64,000 nucleotides of DNA, from NCBI GenBank assembly GCA_038060895.1, contig JBBTCT010000024.1, positions 1 through 64,000 of the forward strand, in the 5' to 3' direction. The notes under the pieces are model-generated. The model worked only from the letters and a program-made list of their open reading frames with translations, did no database searches and was not told where the DNA came from. The DNA comes from Planctomycetota bacterium. Its GTDB lineage: Bacteria > Planctomycetota > MHYJ01 > WSZJ01. A program made the translations under genes and the position numbers. Positions within the stretch are counted from its first letter, which is position 1, and the number at the start of each line of letters is the position of its first letter. Of the stretch, positions 45,527 to 55,791 are shown piece by piece.

Positions 45527-46360
45527 CTATCGCGGTGACCAGCGGCCGGACGCGAGCATCCCGGCGATCAGCCCGGCGAGCGCAAGCCGGTACGCGATAA
45601 ATCCCCAGGAAGTCCGGGTGCGGAAGAAGCGGAGCAGCGCGCCGATCGCAAGGTAGCCGGAAACGCCGGCGACCGCCGAGGCCACGGCCAGCATGCCGAG
45701 GTCGGAGCGGGGCAGCAATTCGAGCGCCTCGTGCAATTCGAGCACCCCCGCCGCGCCGACCGCGGGGATCGAGAGCAGGAAGGAGAGACGCGCGGCGGCT
45801 TCGCGAGTGAGGCCGGCGAAGAGCCCTCCCGCCAGGGTCGTCCCCGACCGCGACGAGCCGGGAATCAGCGCGAACACTTGAAACAAACCAAGCGTCCAGG
45901 CATCGCGCCAGGTCGCCGCTTCCTGCGAGCGCTCGCGCTTCCCCAACCGCTCCGCGATCCCGAGGATCACGGACCAGGCCGCGAGCGCGGCGGCGATGAG
46001 GCGGAGGTCCTTGGTCCATGGACCCTCGATCGTCTTTTTGAACAGGAGGCCCAGGATGACGATGGGAATGGTGCCGGCGACCATGAATCCGAGCAGCCGG
46101 AGGGACTCGCGGCTTTCGGGCGCGCGAGGGCGGGTGCAGGCGCGGGCGATGCCGAAGAGGTCCTTGGCGAAGAACGCGAGGACGGCCGCGAGGGTGCCGA
46201 GTTGGACGACGGCGACGATCGCGGTGACCTGTTCGGGGGTATAGCGGGACGCCAACCCGAGCCAGCGCGTCGCGAAGACGAGGTGGGCGGTCGAGGAGAC
46301 GGGGAGGAACTCGGTGAGGCCTTGAACGAGGCCGAGGATGAGGGCGTCGAGGGGTGACAC
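45527..46360 (-). CDS. uppP: Undecaprenyl-diphosphate phosphatase
   Basis: QGLTEFLPVSSTAH, PGSSRSG, SFLLSIP. Confidence 0.97.
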   Translation of the reverse strand: MSPLDALILGLVQGLTEFLPVSSTAHLVFATRWLGLASRYTPEQVTAIVAVVQLGTLAAVLAFFAKDLFGIARACTRPRAPESRESLRLLGFMVAGTIPIVILGLLFKKTIEGPWTKDLRLIAAALAAWSVILGIAERLGKRERSQEAATWRDAWTLGLFQVFALIPGSSRSGTTLAGGLFAGLTREAAARLSFLLSIPAVGAAGVLELHEALELLPRSDLGMLAVASAVAGVSGYLAIGALLRFFRTRTSWGFIAYRLALAGLIAGMLASGRWSPR

Positions 46361-46400
46361 GTACTTTTCTTATCGGCGGGAGGGGGTGGGGAACCGTTGT

Positions 46401-46606
46401 GAGGGTCGAGTGCGAGGGAAAACAGAAACTTCAATTTCAACTTCAACTTTCGATTTTCAAGCAAGAGTCGAACTACAAGACGACAACTTCAATTCCCCCG
46501 AACATCGCAGGAACTTGAAGTTGTCGTCTTGTAGTTCGACTCTTGCTTGAGAATTGAAAGTTGAAGTTGAAGTTTTCCCTTTTCCCTCACGAGCGCACCC
46601 CAACCC
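46401..46606. repeat. Long inverted repeat with perfect 36-bp core and hexamer-periodic arms
   Basis: 46457-46492 is the exact reverse complement of 46515-46550; flanking ttcaac/gttgaa units. Confidence 0.92.
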
Positions 46607-49387
46607 TCACTTCTCTCCAAGCTTGTACACCACGACATCATCAAACCCCACTCCCTTATCCCACGTCATAAACCCCAGAAAATTCGACTTGTCCACCTGC
46701 GGCATCGAAACGTCGTCAAACACCTTCACTCCGTCAAACGTCACCGAAATCCTTTCTTTGAACCGCACCAGCGTCATCGTGTGCTCCTTCGCCGCCGGAA
46801 AAACAATCCCCGGCACGTCGTAGAGCACATGGTCGTAGCGCCACAGGATCGCCCGGCATCCTTCCCCGTCCGGGTGGAACACGATCGTCGTCCCCGACTG
46901 CCCGTCGTTCTGCCCTTCGCCGTCGAGCGTGATCCCGAACTTCGGCCGGCCGTCGTTCACGTGCACCAGCTTCAGCTCGATCGCCAGGTCCTTCGCGCCC
47001 TTCAGCGTCGTGTCCTTCACCCAGATGCACTGCGCCGGCGCATCCTTCTCCCTCCCCGGCGTCACCAGGAACTTCATCCACCCCATGTTCCGCTTGTCGT
47101 CGGTCCCCCACAGCGCCTTGTTCGTGACCTTCCAACCGCCGCACGGGACCTGGTACTTCCGCTCCGACCCCGCCGCGTTGAAGTCGTCCCGCCAGACCGG
47201 ATCCGCCTTGCCGGGCTTGCGCCCCGTCAGCATCGGCGTCTCCTTCGGCTCGTGCGACATCTCCATCCCCGCAATCGCCACCCCCTTGCGGTCCGTGATC
47301 CGCCCCACGAATCCCATCTCTCCGTTGCCGTTGCGGATCTTCAGCAGCACCCGGTTCCACCCAGCGCGCAGCCGGATGTTCACGCGGTCCTCGTCGAACA
47401 TCACCCCGCGCCATTCGTCGAACTTGTCGATCAGCTCCCCCTTCACCCACGCCCCCCACCCATCGTTGCTCCCCGCAAACAGCCACGCGTCCGTGTCCCC
47501 AGGCACCTTCACGTTCACCAGCCCGTAACACACGATCCCATCCATGTACGGGAACTCGAACTTCACGATCCCATCGAAGCGGATCTTCGGGTCGAACCAC
47601 GTCGCCTTCGCCATCGGGTTCGCGTATTCCTTCGCGTAGTCGATCTCGCGCTCGGGGCCGAAAATGTCGAAGAGCCCGTTGACCTTCGAATAGAACGGCC
47701 CGCAGCACTTCCATTCCATCACCAGCCCCAGGTCCTTTCGGATCTGCTCCGCGCCCTTGCCGCCCGACTTGTCCAGCGCTTCCAGCGCCAGCCGCCGCGC
47801 GCGCGCCGCGAGATGGTGCTCGGGATACTTCATCCAGAGGTTTTCGCACTTGAGGAACGTCTCGTCCACGTCCCCGCGCGCCCACTGGTTGGTCGCGTCG
47901 CGCCAGAGATCCGCAAGCTCGTCCTTCTCGATCTTCGTCAGGCTCTCGTCGTCCTCGATCACCGGCCACCCGAACGATTTCAGGTCCTTCCACACCGCCG
48001 TCCCGAACACTTCCGACAGGCACCGCCCGAAGACGCGCGCCTTCTCGACCGTCTCGCCGGGCGGAAGAGGGTGCGCGCGCCAGAGCCGGAACCACTTGCG
48101 GTACATCGACCAGTCCCAGACGCCGTCGGCGCCCTTGCCGTACTTGTCCACGAAGTGCAGCCAGAACCCGCACGACGGCCCGTAATTCTGGATCCGGAAG
48201 AAGTCCTCGTCGCGCCCGAGAAAGTCCCGGTGGAACGCCTCGAGATTCGACTTGAACGACCCCTCCCCCGCCGCCTTCTGCCCGAGCGAGCACTGCGCCA
48301 TCGTCGCCCCGAAATTCGCGACGCCCTCGACGAACCCCGTCCAGATCATCGCGGTGTCGAAGAGGCAGTGGCACAGCTCGTGAAAGTACAGGAAGTTCGA
48401 GACCGTGATGTCCTTCTGCTTCGGGTTGATGCTCCCCGCACGGATCGTCTTCCCGCCCCCGGTGGCCCCGCCGAAATTCCATAGCTCCTTGAAGAACACC
48501 GTGATCCGCTGCCCGTCGTCGTCCGGCTGCCGCGCGATCATGTCCGTGATGAAGATGTACGCGACGTCCAGCTCCAGCATCGACTGCTCCGGAATCCGCG
48601 GCACGAACCCCTTGTCGCCGATGAAGATGAAGTGGTGCGACTCGCGCGTGACCAGGTCGCTGAACACCCTGTGGTTCACCGCGTCGTTGAACGCCTTCGT
48701 CTCCTCGGGCGACACCAGTTCCAGCACTTCCTTCTCCAGCGCGTCCATCCTCTCCCGAAGCTCCTCCAGCGCCTTCGCATCCCCCGCGCCGCCCGCTCCG
48801 TAAAACGCGTCCTTGTACAGCTCCAGCGCCATGTGCTTCTTCCCGCGCTTCTCAGCATCCTTACCCGCCTCCGCCCACTTGCTCTTCGGAAACGACTTCT
48901 TCAGCTTCTCGACCTCGTCCTTGTCTTCCTTCGGCAGCAGCTCCCGGATGATCCGCGCTTCGAGTTCCCGCAGCGCGTTCTTCTGCCCGTCCGTCCCGCC
49001 CCCGCCGTCTTCCATGATCCGCTTGCGGAAAAGCCGCACGCCGCGAAGCTGCCGGTTCCCCGCAAGCTGGTCCATCACGTCGCCGTAGTACCGGTGCCTT
49101 TCCTCGAGGATCTCGGAAGCGACCTGTGCTTTTTCGCCGTCGTTCTGCGGCCGCGCGGCGGTCGGTCCCATCTTCAGCATCTCTTCGCGCGCTGCGAACT
49201 TGTGCGGCTGGTCCACCGAGTTGCGGATGACTTCTTCGAGGAGCGCAAAGGCCTCGGGCTTGCGCCCGGTCGCGGCCATCTCGCGGGCTTCGGTGAGCTT
49301 CGCGTCGAGCTCGGCAGGGGGGAGGTCGGCGGAGAGTGTTGAGGCGGCCGCCAGGACCCATATGCACGAGTGAAGCAGGTGTCGCAT
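46607..49387 (-). CDS. Large secreted putative zinc metallopeptidase (HExxH+E) with helical N-terminus and C-terminal beta-sandwich domains
   Basis: Signal peptide; FHELCH..FVEG; GSNDG..LRAGWNRVLLK PA14-like segment; FDDV end. Confidence 0.7.
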   Translation of the reverse strand: MRHLLHSCIWVLAAASTLSADLPPAELDAKLTEAREMAATGRKPEAFALLEEVIRNSVDQPHKFAAREEMLKMGPTAARPQNDGEKAQVASEILEERHRYYGDVMDQLAGNRQLRGVRLFRKRIMEDGGGGTDGQKNALRELEARIIRELLPKEDKDEVEKLKKSFPKSKWAEAGKDAEKRGKKHMALELYKDAFYGAGGAGDAKALEELRERMDALEKEVLELVSPEETKAFNDAVNHRVFSDLVTRESHHFIFIGDKGFVPRIPEQSMLELDVAYIFITDMIARQPDDDGQRITVFFKELWNFGGATGGGKTIRAGSINPKQKDITVSNFLYFHELCHCLFDTAMIWTGFVEGVANFGATMAQCSLGQKAAGEGSFKSNLEAFHRDFLGRDEDFFRIQNYGPSCGFWLHFVDKYGKGADGVWDWSMYRKWFRLWRAHPLPPGETVEKARVFGRCLSEVFGTAVWKDLKSFGWPVIEDDESLTKIEKDELADLWRDATNQWARGDVDETFLKCENLWMKYPEHHLAARARRLALEALDKSGGKGAEQIRKDLGLVMEWKCCGPFYSKVNGLFDIFGPEREIDYAKEYANPMAKATWFDPKIRFDGIVKFEFPYMDGIVCYGLVNVKVPGDTDAWLFAGSNDGWGAWVKGELIDKFDEWRGVMFDEDRVNIRLRAGWNRVLLKIRNGNGEMGFVGRITDRKGVAIAGMEMSHEPKETPMLTGRKPGKADPVWRDDFNAAGSERKYQVPCGGWKVTNKALWGTDDKRNMGWMKFLVTPGREKDAPAQCIWVKDTTLKGAKDLAIELKLVHVNDGRPKFGITLDGEGQNDGQSGTTIVFHPDGEGCRAILWRYDHVLYDVPGIVFPAAKEHTMTLVRFKERISVTFDGVKVFDDVSMPQVDKSNFLGFMTWDKGVGFDDVVVYKLGEK

Positions 49388-49526
49388 CAGCAGAGGGTAA
49401 CTTGTGTCGATCGCTCGGAGAAAACGAAAGATCGAATCAGATGAGCCGACCTACTCGCGCGCAGGGCAAACGCCGATCACGCTCCAGCCGGCGCCCCATG
49501 TCAAGCGGTTGCAACAGCTTGAATCG

Positions 49527-50018
49527 TTACTTCTTGTTCTCCTTGGCGTACCAATCTGCAGCTTCCGCTCTCCAGTCCTCGAGATCGCGCTCCTTATCTG
49601 CGCTCCACCAAGATGACCAAGACCGATGGTATTTGATGTTAATGAACCCTGGGCTTCTCGGTGGAAAATTAAGCAGGGACTCGAGCATCCGTGAGCACTG
49701 CAATCCAACCGTGGGCTGATTCCAGATCGCCGGTGCTCCCATCATCTCCGAGCCGTCTTCCTCGAGATCACCAAAGGGTCTGGGATCCTCGGTACCTTCG
49801 ACCAGCATCTGGACAATTCTCTTGTCGCGATTGCCTCGGACATACCGAAGCATGAAATCGCAGAGGTTCTCGCGGTCTTCCGTTGGAGCCGACTGATCCG
49901 CCAGCATTTCGATCAGGGCTTCGTATCTATCGGGTTCCTTTGGAGCAGCGTTCTCAGGCGGGCAAGTACACCCCTGCAGGAGAGTTCCGAGCGCCAGAAT
50001 CTGAAGAACTCGAATCAC
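49527..50018 (-). CDS. Hypothetical lipoprotein (lower GC)
   Basis: Lipobox LQGC; GAGGGAG RBS. Confidence 0.7.
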   Translation of the reverse strand: MIRVLQILALGTLLQGCTCPPENAAPKEPDRYEALIEMLADQSAPTEDRENLCDFMLRYVRGNRDKRIVQMLVEGTEDPRPFGDLEEDGSEMMGAPAIWNQPTVGLQCSRMLESLLNFPPRSPGFINIKYHRSWSSWWSADKERDLEDWRAEAADWYAKENKK

Positions 50019-50059
50019 ATTTCACTCCCTCGTCATTTCAAGGCATGGCCGCTGCTTTT

Positions 50060-51019
50060 CTAGTCAACGCCATCCGCCCGCGTCACCATCCCGTCCCCGT
50101 TCGCATCGCACCGCCCGAACGCCCCGTCCGGGCCGTCGAACTCGTCGCGGGTGACCTTGCCGTCGCCGTTCAGGTCGTAGCGGGTCATGAAGGCGTTGGC
50201 CTTCTGGCGGAGGTCGCGGACGCGCGTGATGTACCTTTCGATCTCGTCCTTGTTGACCGTCGGGTCTTCCTTTTCGGGGCGGTAGCCGTTGATCTCGTTC
50301 CAGAGGCGGTCGTTGCCGTCAAACTCCTTGCGGACGAGTTCGCCGTCGCCGTTGGCGTCCATGCGGCGCAGGACGGACTCGGCGCTCGAGCCGGGGATGC
50401 CGCCCCACTTGCGGAGGATCGTCTCGATCAGCTCTTCCTTTGAGACCAGGTTGTCGTTGTTCCGGTCGAGCGCGTCGACGTACTCCTTCGAGAGGTCGAA
50501 CTCCCGGAGAGTGAGGCTCTTGTTGTGGTTCTCGTCGAGCTTGTCGAAGCTCTGCAGGTCCACGGCCTTTTCTTCGCCGCCCGGCGTGCGGTCGACGTAC
50601 TTGTACTCGTCTTCGTTCACGTAGCCGTCGCGGTTCTGGTCGCAGGAGTCGTGGATGTAGGACTCGAGCTCCTTCTTCGACAGGCGCCCGTCGGCGTTCG
50701 CGTCGTGCTCGCCGAAGTCGTCGAGGCCGCGGAAGTATTCTTTGCGCTTGGGCGCGTCCATCTCAGCTTTGGACTTGATCCCCTGCTCGACCTGGCGGAT
50801 TTCGACGGCGGTGACGCGGAGGTCGCCGTCGCCGTCGTAGCGCTTGAAGAATTCGGGGGAAGGCAGCTCGGATTTGGAGATCGCGCCGTCGTCGTTGGAG
50901 TCGTACTTCTTAAGGAAATTGAGCGCGATCTTGGCGGGGGAATCGCCTTCGGGCTTCATCTCCTGGGCCCAGAGTGGAGCGGTGAGGGTGAGGAGAAGGA
51001 AGAGCGTTGTGCGGCTCAT
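50060..51019 (-). CDS. Secreted multi-EF-hand calcium-binding protein
   Basis: Signal peptide; about 9 DxN/DxDG..E loops. Confidence 0.9.
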   Translation of the reverse strand: MSRTTLFLLLTLTAPLWAQEMKPEGDSPAKIALNFLKKYDSNDDGAISKSELPSPEFFKRYDGDGDLRVTAVEIRQVEQGIKSKAEMDAPKRKEYFRGLDDFGEHDANADGRLSKKELESYIHDSCDQNRDGYVNEDEYKYVDRTPGGEEKAVDLQSFDKLDENHNKSLTLREFDLSKEYVDALDRNNDNLVSKEELIETILRKWGGIPGSSAESVLRRMDANGDGELVRKEFDGNDRLWNEINGYRPEKEDPTVNKDEIERYITRVRDLRQKANAFMTRYDLNGDGKVTRDEFDGPDGAFGRCDANGDGMVTRADGVD

Positions 51020-51047
51020 CGTGGGGCTCCTGGTCGTTGGCCTGGCT

Positions 51048-51217
51048 GTATCCGCGCCTTATCCGCGGCATCTGGCTTTATCCGCGAATTCCGTTGGGTC
51101 TTTTTTCTGAAAATCATTCCCGCTTGCACGACGGTCTGACTTACCTGCTGACTGAACGACGAAGACAAAGGAATTCGCGGATAAAGGCTGATGTCGCGGA
51201 AACGGCCGCGGATACGG
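51048..51217. repeat. Inverted repeat of atccgcg-based units
   Basis: ctttatccgcgaattcc (left) / ggaattcgcggataaag (right) plus imperfect extensions. Confidence 0.85.
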
Positions 51218-54136
51218 CTACTTCAACGGCACCCGCAGTAGTCTCTCGAACTCCTCCTTCTTCAAGTACCTCGCTCCTTCATGCGAGATGTCCTTCAACT
51301 GCCTCCCATCTTCATCAATCATCCGATCCAGCGGGAACGCTTCCACCGCCACCGCCCCGCCGCCTTTCGCCCCTGCATACGCCGCCACGATCGACGGCGT
51401 CCCTGGCTTCGTCGCATCCACGATGAAGATCCCGTCCGTAGTGGACATCACCACGAACCGCTGCAGGAACGGCGGGTTGTACGCGTGGATCACCGCGAGC
51501 GCGTCGTTCTTGTCCTGCGCCTGGATGCTCGACACGAACTGCGCCTTCTCGGGGTCCGTCACCTTGAGGCACATGAGCCGCCCCATCATGTTCCCGTCCT
51601 CCTGCGTGTACTCGAACGTGAACCAGACGTAGTCGTTCTCCTCCGTCGGGATCTGGCCGCCTTCGGAGCCGATGTCGAAGTGGCTCTCGAACGCGATCGC
51701 GCCGACGCGGGCGGTGCGGTAGCCCTTGAGCATGTCCTCGAAGCCGCGGATGAGCTTCATGGCGGACGGCTCCGTCGCGTCGAAGATGCGCAGGCCGTAC
51801 ACGTCGTCCGTCACGAACGCGAGCATCCTCGCCAGCGTGCGGTTCTTCTTCGCGGGGTTCGGCCTGGAATACTGGAAGTTGGTGATCACGCGCGTCGCCA
51901 TGCCGGCGGCCGTGGTCGCGCCGCGGCCTCCCGTCGCGCGCCCGAGCACTTTCGGCGCGGCCGCGTCGCCGACGTCGGCCGCAAGCAGACCGCCCTCGCC
52001 GTCGGCGATGTAGGCGATCGGGCCGTTCAGCGAAATGTCGCGCGCGTCGGTCGTCGCGAGCCGGCCGAGTTCTTTCGGCCTTGCGAGGTCCGAGATGTCC
52101 CAGATCGCCACGCCCTTCTTTCCTTCGCACACGTAGAGCCGCTTCCCTGCCGCCGCCATCATCTGGCCGTCCTCGCCGGGCATGCGGCCGACGACTTTCG
52201 GGAACGACGGGTTCTTGAGATCGACGATCGAGATCCCCTGCGTGGCGCTCGACACGAACGCGACTTCGCCGCGGCCGCTCACCGGGTCGGACAGAAGCAC
52301 CACCCCCCGCGCGTCCCGCACCGGCGCCGTCGCGACCGGCTTCGACTGGTCGGGCGTCTTGCGGTCGAACGCCACCACTTCAAGCCCGTTGGCCGTCGTG
52401 ACGTAGAAGAAATCGCGGAACAGCTTGTAGTTCTGCGACCCCAGCCCCCATGTCGCCGCGCTCCGGTGGCACTCCACGCACGTCCGCGCTTCCGGCCTCG
52501 TCGTGTGCGTCTGGTGGTGCACCATCGTCATCCCCGAGAGGCCGTTCGCGGTCTCGGGGAGACCCTGATCCACCAGAAATTTCCCCTTCTCGTCGCGCAC
52601 CGTGCACATCGTTGAAAACCCGACCATGTACGGCGAGATCATTCCTTCCGGGTTGTACCCCAACCGGAACTCGCGGTACGTCGCGAACACCTTCTCCAGC
52701 GTCGTCACCCGCCCCGACGTGCGATTGCCCGAGAGGATGTCGAGCTGGCTGAAGCCCTCGTTGCGGTCGAAGTGAAACCCGAAGAAGTTCGTGTTCCACC
52801 CGTTGTGGCACGTGTAGCACTCGAGCTTTGCGTGCTGCTGCGTCATCGCCTTCGCCGCCTTCTCGCTGTAGTGCGGCCGCCCCTTCGTCACCACGTCCTT
52901 CGCCTGCACGACCTCGTGCTCCTTGCCGTCCACCTTCGACGTCAGCACGAACTTGTCGCCGTCCTGCCGCACGTGGTCCAGCACCATCCCCTTCTCCGTC
53001 TTCAGCGTCGCGTACGCGTCCGGCGTCCCGTGGCACGTCGTGCACTCGATCTCGACCGCGTGCTCCATCTGCCCGTAGATGTTCCCGTCCCCCATCACGT
53101 CCTTCGCCGTGTGGCAGTCGATGCAGTGCATCCCCTTCTCGTGGTGCACGTCCGGCGGCGTCACCTTGTCGTCGCGCAGGTACCACAGGCCGTTCAGCCG
53201 GTACGGCGTCGACCCCGGCACCTGCGGCCCTCCCGGCGCGCCCGGCGGCAGCATCGCCATGCCGCGGTAATGCAGCCCGATCGAAGCGTCGCCATAGTGG
53301 CAGTGCGTGCAGGTCGTCGTCGGGATCGCGCTCGTGAGCTGGTGCCGGAGCGGGTGCCCGGCCTCGTACCGCGACACCGTCGGGTCGCCGGTCTCTGTCA
53401 GCCCGTCGTCGGCGTACGTCACGTGGCACGCGGCGCACCCTTCGCTCCGGTAGTCCCCGTCCATCCCCAGCCGCCCGCGCACCGCGCGACCCTTCCCCCA
53501 CAGGTGGCACTGCATGCACGACTTCCGGGGCACGTCCCTGTAGTGCGCCGCGATGTTCTTCGTCTCGCCGAAGTCCGCGAACGCCGGGATGCGCGAAAGC
53601 GACTTCACCGCGTGCGCCGGCACTTCCCCGTCGTCGTCCACCACGTCGAACACCCCGTGCCTCGGCGTCTTCGACTTGTCCACGCCATTCTCATACAGCC
53701 CGTCGCACAGGTGCCCCGCCGTCGTCCCGTGAAGGCTCTTCGGCACCGAGGAGCACTCCGTTTTGTGGCATTCACCGCATGTCTTCGACGCAATTCTCAG
53801 ATTGGTCGGGTTGACGAAGCGGATGTACTCCGGCTCGAAGTCCATCGCGACGACGCGCTCGTCAACCGGAAGCGCGCCCTTCGGCTTGACGTGCGCCGTC
53901 CCCTTGACCGTGGCCTTCCCGTCGCCGCCGTGGCATCCGACGCACGAGATCGGGAACCACGGGTGCATGTCCTCCGTCCCCTGGTGGCACGACAGGCAGC
54001 CCTTCGAGTCCGCGTTCTTGTCGTCCCCGGCCTCGCCGCCGTTCTCTGGCATCTGCCCGTCGGGCTCGGCGCGCAGAAGGGCCACGGCGGCGAGCAGCGC
54101 GGCGGCGAGGGAGGCGAAGAGGGCGGAACGCCTCAC
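51218..54136 (-). CDS. Decaheme cytochrome c fused to an LVIVD-repeat beta-propeller
   Basis: GTG start VRRSALF with signal peptide; 10 CxxCH; AYIADGEGGL..DV, IVDLKNPSFP repeats. Confidence 0.9.
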   Translation of the reverse strand: MRRSALFASLAAALLAAVALLRAEPDGQMPENGGEAGDDKNADSKGCLSCHQGTEDMHPWFPISCVGCHGGDGKATVKGTAHVKPKGALPVDERVVAMDFEPEYIRFVNPTNLRIASKTCGECHKTECSSVPKSLHGTTAGHLCDGLYENGVDKSKTPRHGVFDVVDDDGEVPAHAVKSLSRIPAFADFGETKNIAAHYRDVPRKSCMQCHLWGKGRAVRGRLGMDGDYRSEGCAACHVTYADDGLTETGDPTVSRYEAGHPLRHQLTSAIPTTTCTHCHYGDASIGLHYRGMAMLPPGAPGGPQVPGSTPYRLNGLWYLRDDKVTPPDVHHEKGMHCIDCHTAKDVMGDGNIYGQMEHAVEIECTTCHGTPDAYATLKTEKGMVLDHVRQDGDKFVLTSKVDGKEHEVVQAKDVVTKGRPHYSEKAAKAMTQQHAKLECYTCHNGWNTNFFGFHFDRNEGFSQLDILSGNRTSGRVTTLEKVFATYREFRLGYNPEGMISPYMVGFSTMCTVRDEKGKFLVDQGLPETANGLSGMTMVHHQTHTTRPEARTCVECHRSAATWGLGSQNYKLFRDFFYVTTANGLEVVAFDRKTPDQSKPVATAPVRDARGVVLLSDPVSGRGEVAFVSSATQGISIVDLKNPSFPKVVGRMPGEDGQMMAAAGKRLYVCEGKKGVAIWDISDLARPKELGRLATTDARDISLNGPIAYIADGEGGLLAADVGDAAAPKVLGRATGGRGATTAAGMATRVITNFQYSRPNPAKKNRTLARMLAFVTDDVYGLRIFDATEPSAMKLIRGFEDMLKGYRTARVGAIAFESHFDIGSEGGQIPTEENDYVWFTFEYTQEDGNMMGRLMCLKVTDPEKAQFVSSIQAQDKNDALAVIHAYNPPFLQRFVVMSTTDGIFIVDATKPGTPSIVAAYAGAKGGGAVAVEAFPLDRMIDEDGRQLKDISHEGARYLKKEEFERLLRVPLK

Positions 54137-54193
54137 GCTGCGGCCTGCAAAAGGCACGCTTGACGCGGATCGCGACGCGCTACACTGGCGCCC

Positions 54194-54463
54194 ATGCTCA
54201 CCATCATCGGCCTCATCCTCATGGTCATCGGCGGGATCTGGGTCCTGATCGAAGCGTTCAAGGAGAGCATCCTCTGGGGTCTGGGCTGCATCTTCATCCC
54301 GCTCGTCAGCCTGATCTTCGTCATCATGCACTGGGACAAGGCGGGCAAGCCCTTCCTGATCCAGCTCGTCGGGATCGTGCTGTTCGCCGTCGGGGGCGGT
54401 TTCTCCGACAACCGGATGTCGAGCCTCGACCGCCCCTGTGCCTCCGTTTCCGTCCGCGCCTGA
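54194..54463 (+). CDS. Small hydrophobic membrane protein
   Basis: AFKESILWGLGC..HW..KPFL; three TM segments. Confidence 0.8.
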   Translation: MLTIIGLILMVIGGIWVLIEAFKESILWGLGCIFIPLVSLIFVIMHWDKAGKPFLIQLVGIVLFAVGGGFSDNRMSSLDRPCASVSVRA

Positions 54464-54472
54464 CGGACCCGG

Positions 54473-55645
54473 CTACCCGTACAGTTCCTTGAGCGCCTTC
54501 GCCTTTGCGTGCTCCGCCTTCGCGCCCATGAGCGCGCACATCGTCGGGGCGACGTCGATCGTCTGGAACTCGGCGAGCGACTGGCTGTTCTTCTTGAAGT
54601 CCGGGCCCGCCGCGAACATGCAGACCTTTCCGAGCTCGTCGGAGCGGTCGCCGTGGTCGAGGCCGTTGCGCTGGTTGAGGTCCTTGTCGCGGCCGAACTC
54701 GGGCAGGACGATCACGGTCGTCGTCTCCTTGAGCTCCGGGTCCATCTGGATCGCGTCCCAGAGCTTCCCGATCTCCGCGTCGTTCCGGCGGATGACCTCG
54801 ATGTAGGCGTTGATGCTGTTGTGCGCGACGTCGGCCTCCTGCAGCCCGATGCCAATGACGCGGGGCTTGAAGATGCGGAAGAGGTTCATGGCGACGCGGA
54901 TGGACTTGGCGTCTGCGGCGCCCGGCCCCGTGAGATTCGCGGTGTTGGCGCTGATCTCGTCGAGGATGAACTGCTTCACCTTGCGCTGCGTTTCAGCGTC
55001 GTTCTTGAGCGAGCCGTCGGCGATCTTCTTGACCTCCTCGGGGTCCATCGCGTCTTCCATTTTCTTCACGAGCGCCGCTTCGGCATCGTTCGCCTTCTTC
55101 GGCCGCCCGAACCTGTCGAGGATGTCGCGGAACTCGGCGTTGAAGATGCCGTCGCCGCTGATGAGGTTGGCGCCGTACTTCGCGCCGTAGTCCTTGTGGT
55201 CGCCGTAGGCGTAGTTGATCGTCTGCGCGCCGCCGGTCGTGGAGAGCCAGCAGTCCTTCGCGCCGAGGTCGAGCTGCTTTCTCAGGTATTCGAACACCGT
55301 CGGATTCTTGCCGCGCTGGTTCTCGCGGATCCCGAGTTCCTCGACGCAGCCCGTGAAGAGCCCCAGTGCCGCGCCGTAGTGACCGACGTTGCGGGCCTTC
55401 ATGTTAGGGGCAACGACGCCCGCCTTCGCGATGCGCATGAGATTCGGGATGTTCTCCGGCGTCCCGATCGTCTCCTTGCTCCGCACGCCGCCGGCGAAGG
55501 CGACGAGGATCACGCGCTTCGTTTTAAGCCCGGACCCGTTCTCGGCAAATGCGCGAGAGCTCTTGCTGAGCAGGCTCGGCAGGAAGGAAGTCGCGGCTGC
55601 AGCCGCGGTCGTCGTCTTCAGGAAGTCGCGTCGGGTCATCGGCAT
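54473..55645 (-). CDS. Tat-exported alkaline-phosphatase/sulfatase-fold protein (DUF1501-like)
   Basis: MTRRDFLK; VILVAFAGGVR, DVAH, PEFGR, DHG, DVAPT. Confidence 0.8.
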   Translation of the reverse strand: MPMTRRDFLKTTTAAAAATSFLPSLLSKSSRAFAENGSGLKTKRVILVAFAGGVRSKETIGTPENIPNLMRIAKAGVVAPNMKARNVGHYGAALGLFTGCVEELGIRENQRGKNPTVFEYLRKQLDLGAKDCWLSTTGGAQTINYAYGDHKDYGAKYGANLISGDGIFNAEFRDILDRFGRPKKANDAEAALVKKMEDAMDPEEVKKIADGSLKNDAETQRKVKQFILDEISANTANLTGPGAADAKSIRVAMNLFRIFKPRVIGIGLQEADVAHNSINAYIEVIRRNDAEIGKLWDAIQMDPELKETTTVIVLPEFGRDKDLNQRNGLDHGDRSDELGKVCMFAAGPDFKKNSQSLAEFQTIDVAPTMCALMGAKAEHAKAKALKELYG

Positions 55646-55680
55646 GGTGGGGTCCTTACTTGGGAGGGTGGGGTGGGGGA

Positions 55681-55765
55681 GGTCGAAAGTCGAAGGTCTA
55701 AGGTCGAAGGCTACCAGCGTTGCAGGACGTCGTTCCCTTCGACCTTCGACATTCGACTTTCGACC
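55681..55765. repeat. Inverted repeat of heptamer units (Rgtcgaa x4 / ttcgacN x4)
   Basis: Left arm 55681-55710, right arm 55736-55765. Confidence 0.9.
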
Positions 55766-55791
55766 CTTGGAACGCGAGCCTGTCTTCCTCA

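Noticed and set aside
46338-46823. Short ORFs across the 46.4-46.6 kb spacer (LKLKLK / VEVEV)
   Set aside because: Translations of the hexamer repeats
54137-54331. Acidic N-terminal extension of the decaheme protein in the ORF track
   Set aside because: It is the antisense reading of the 54194-54463 membrane gene; the signal peptide starts at GTG 54136
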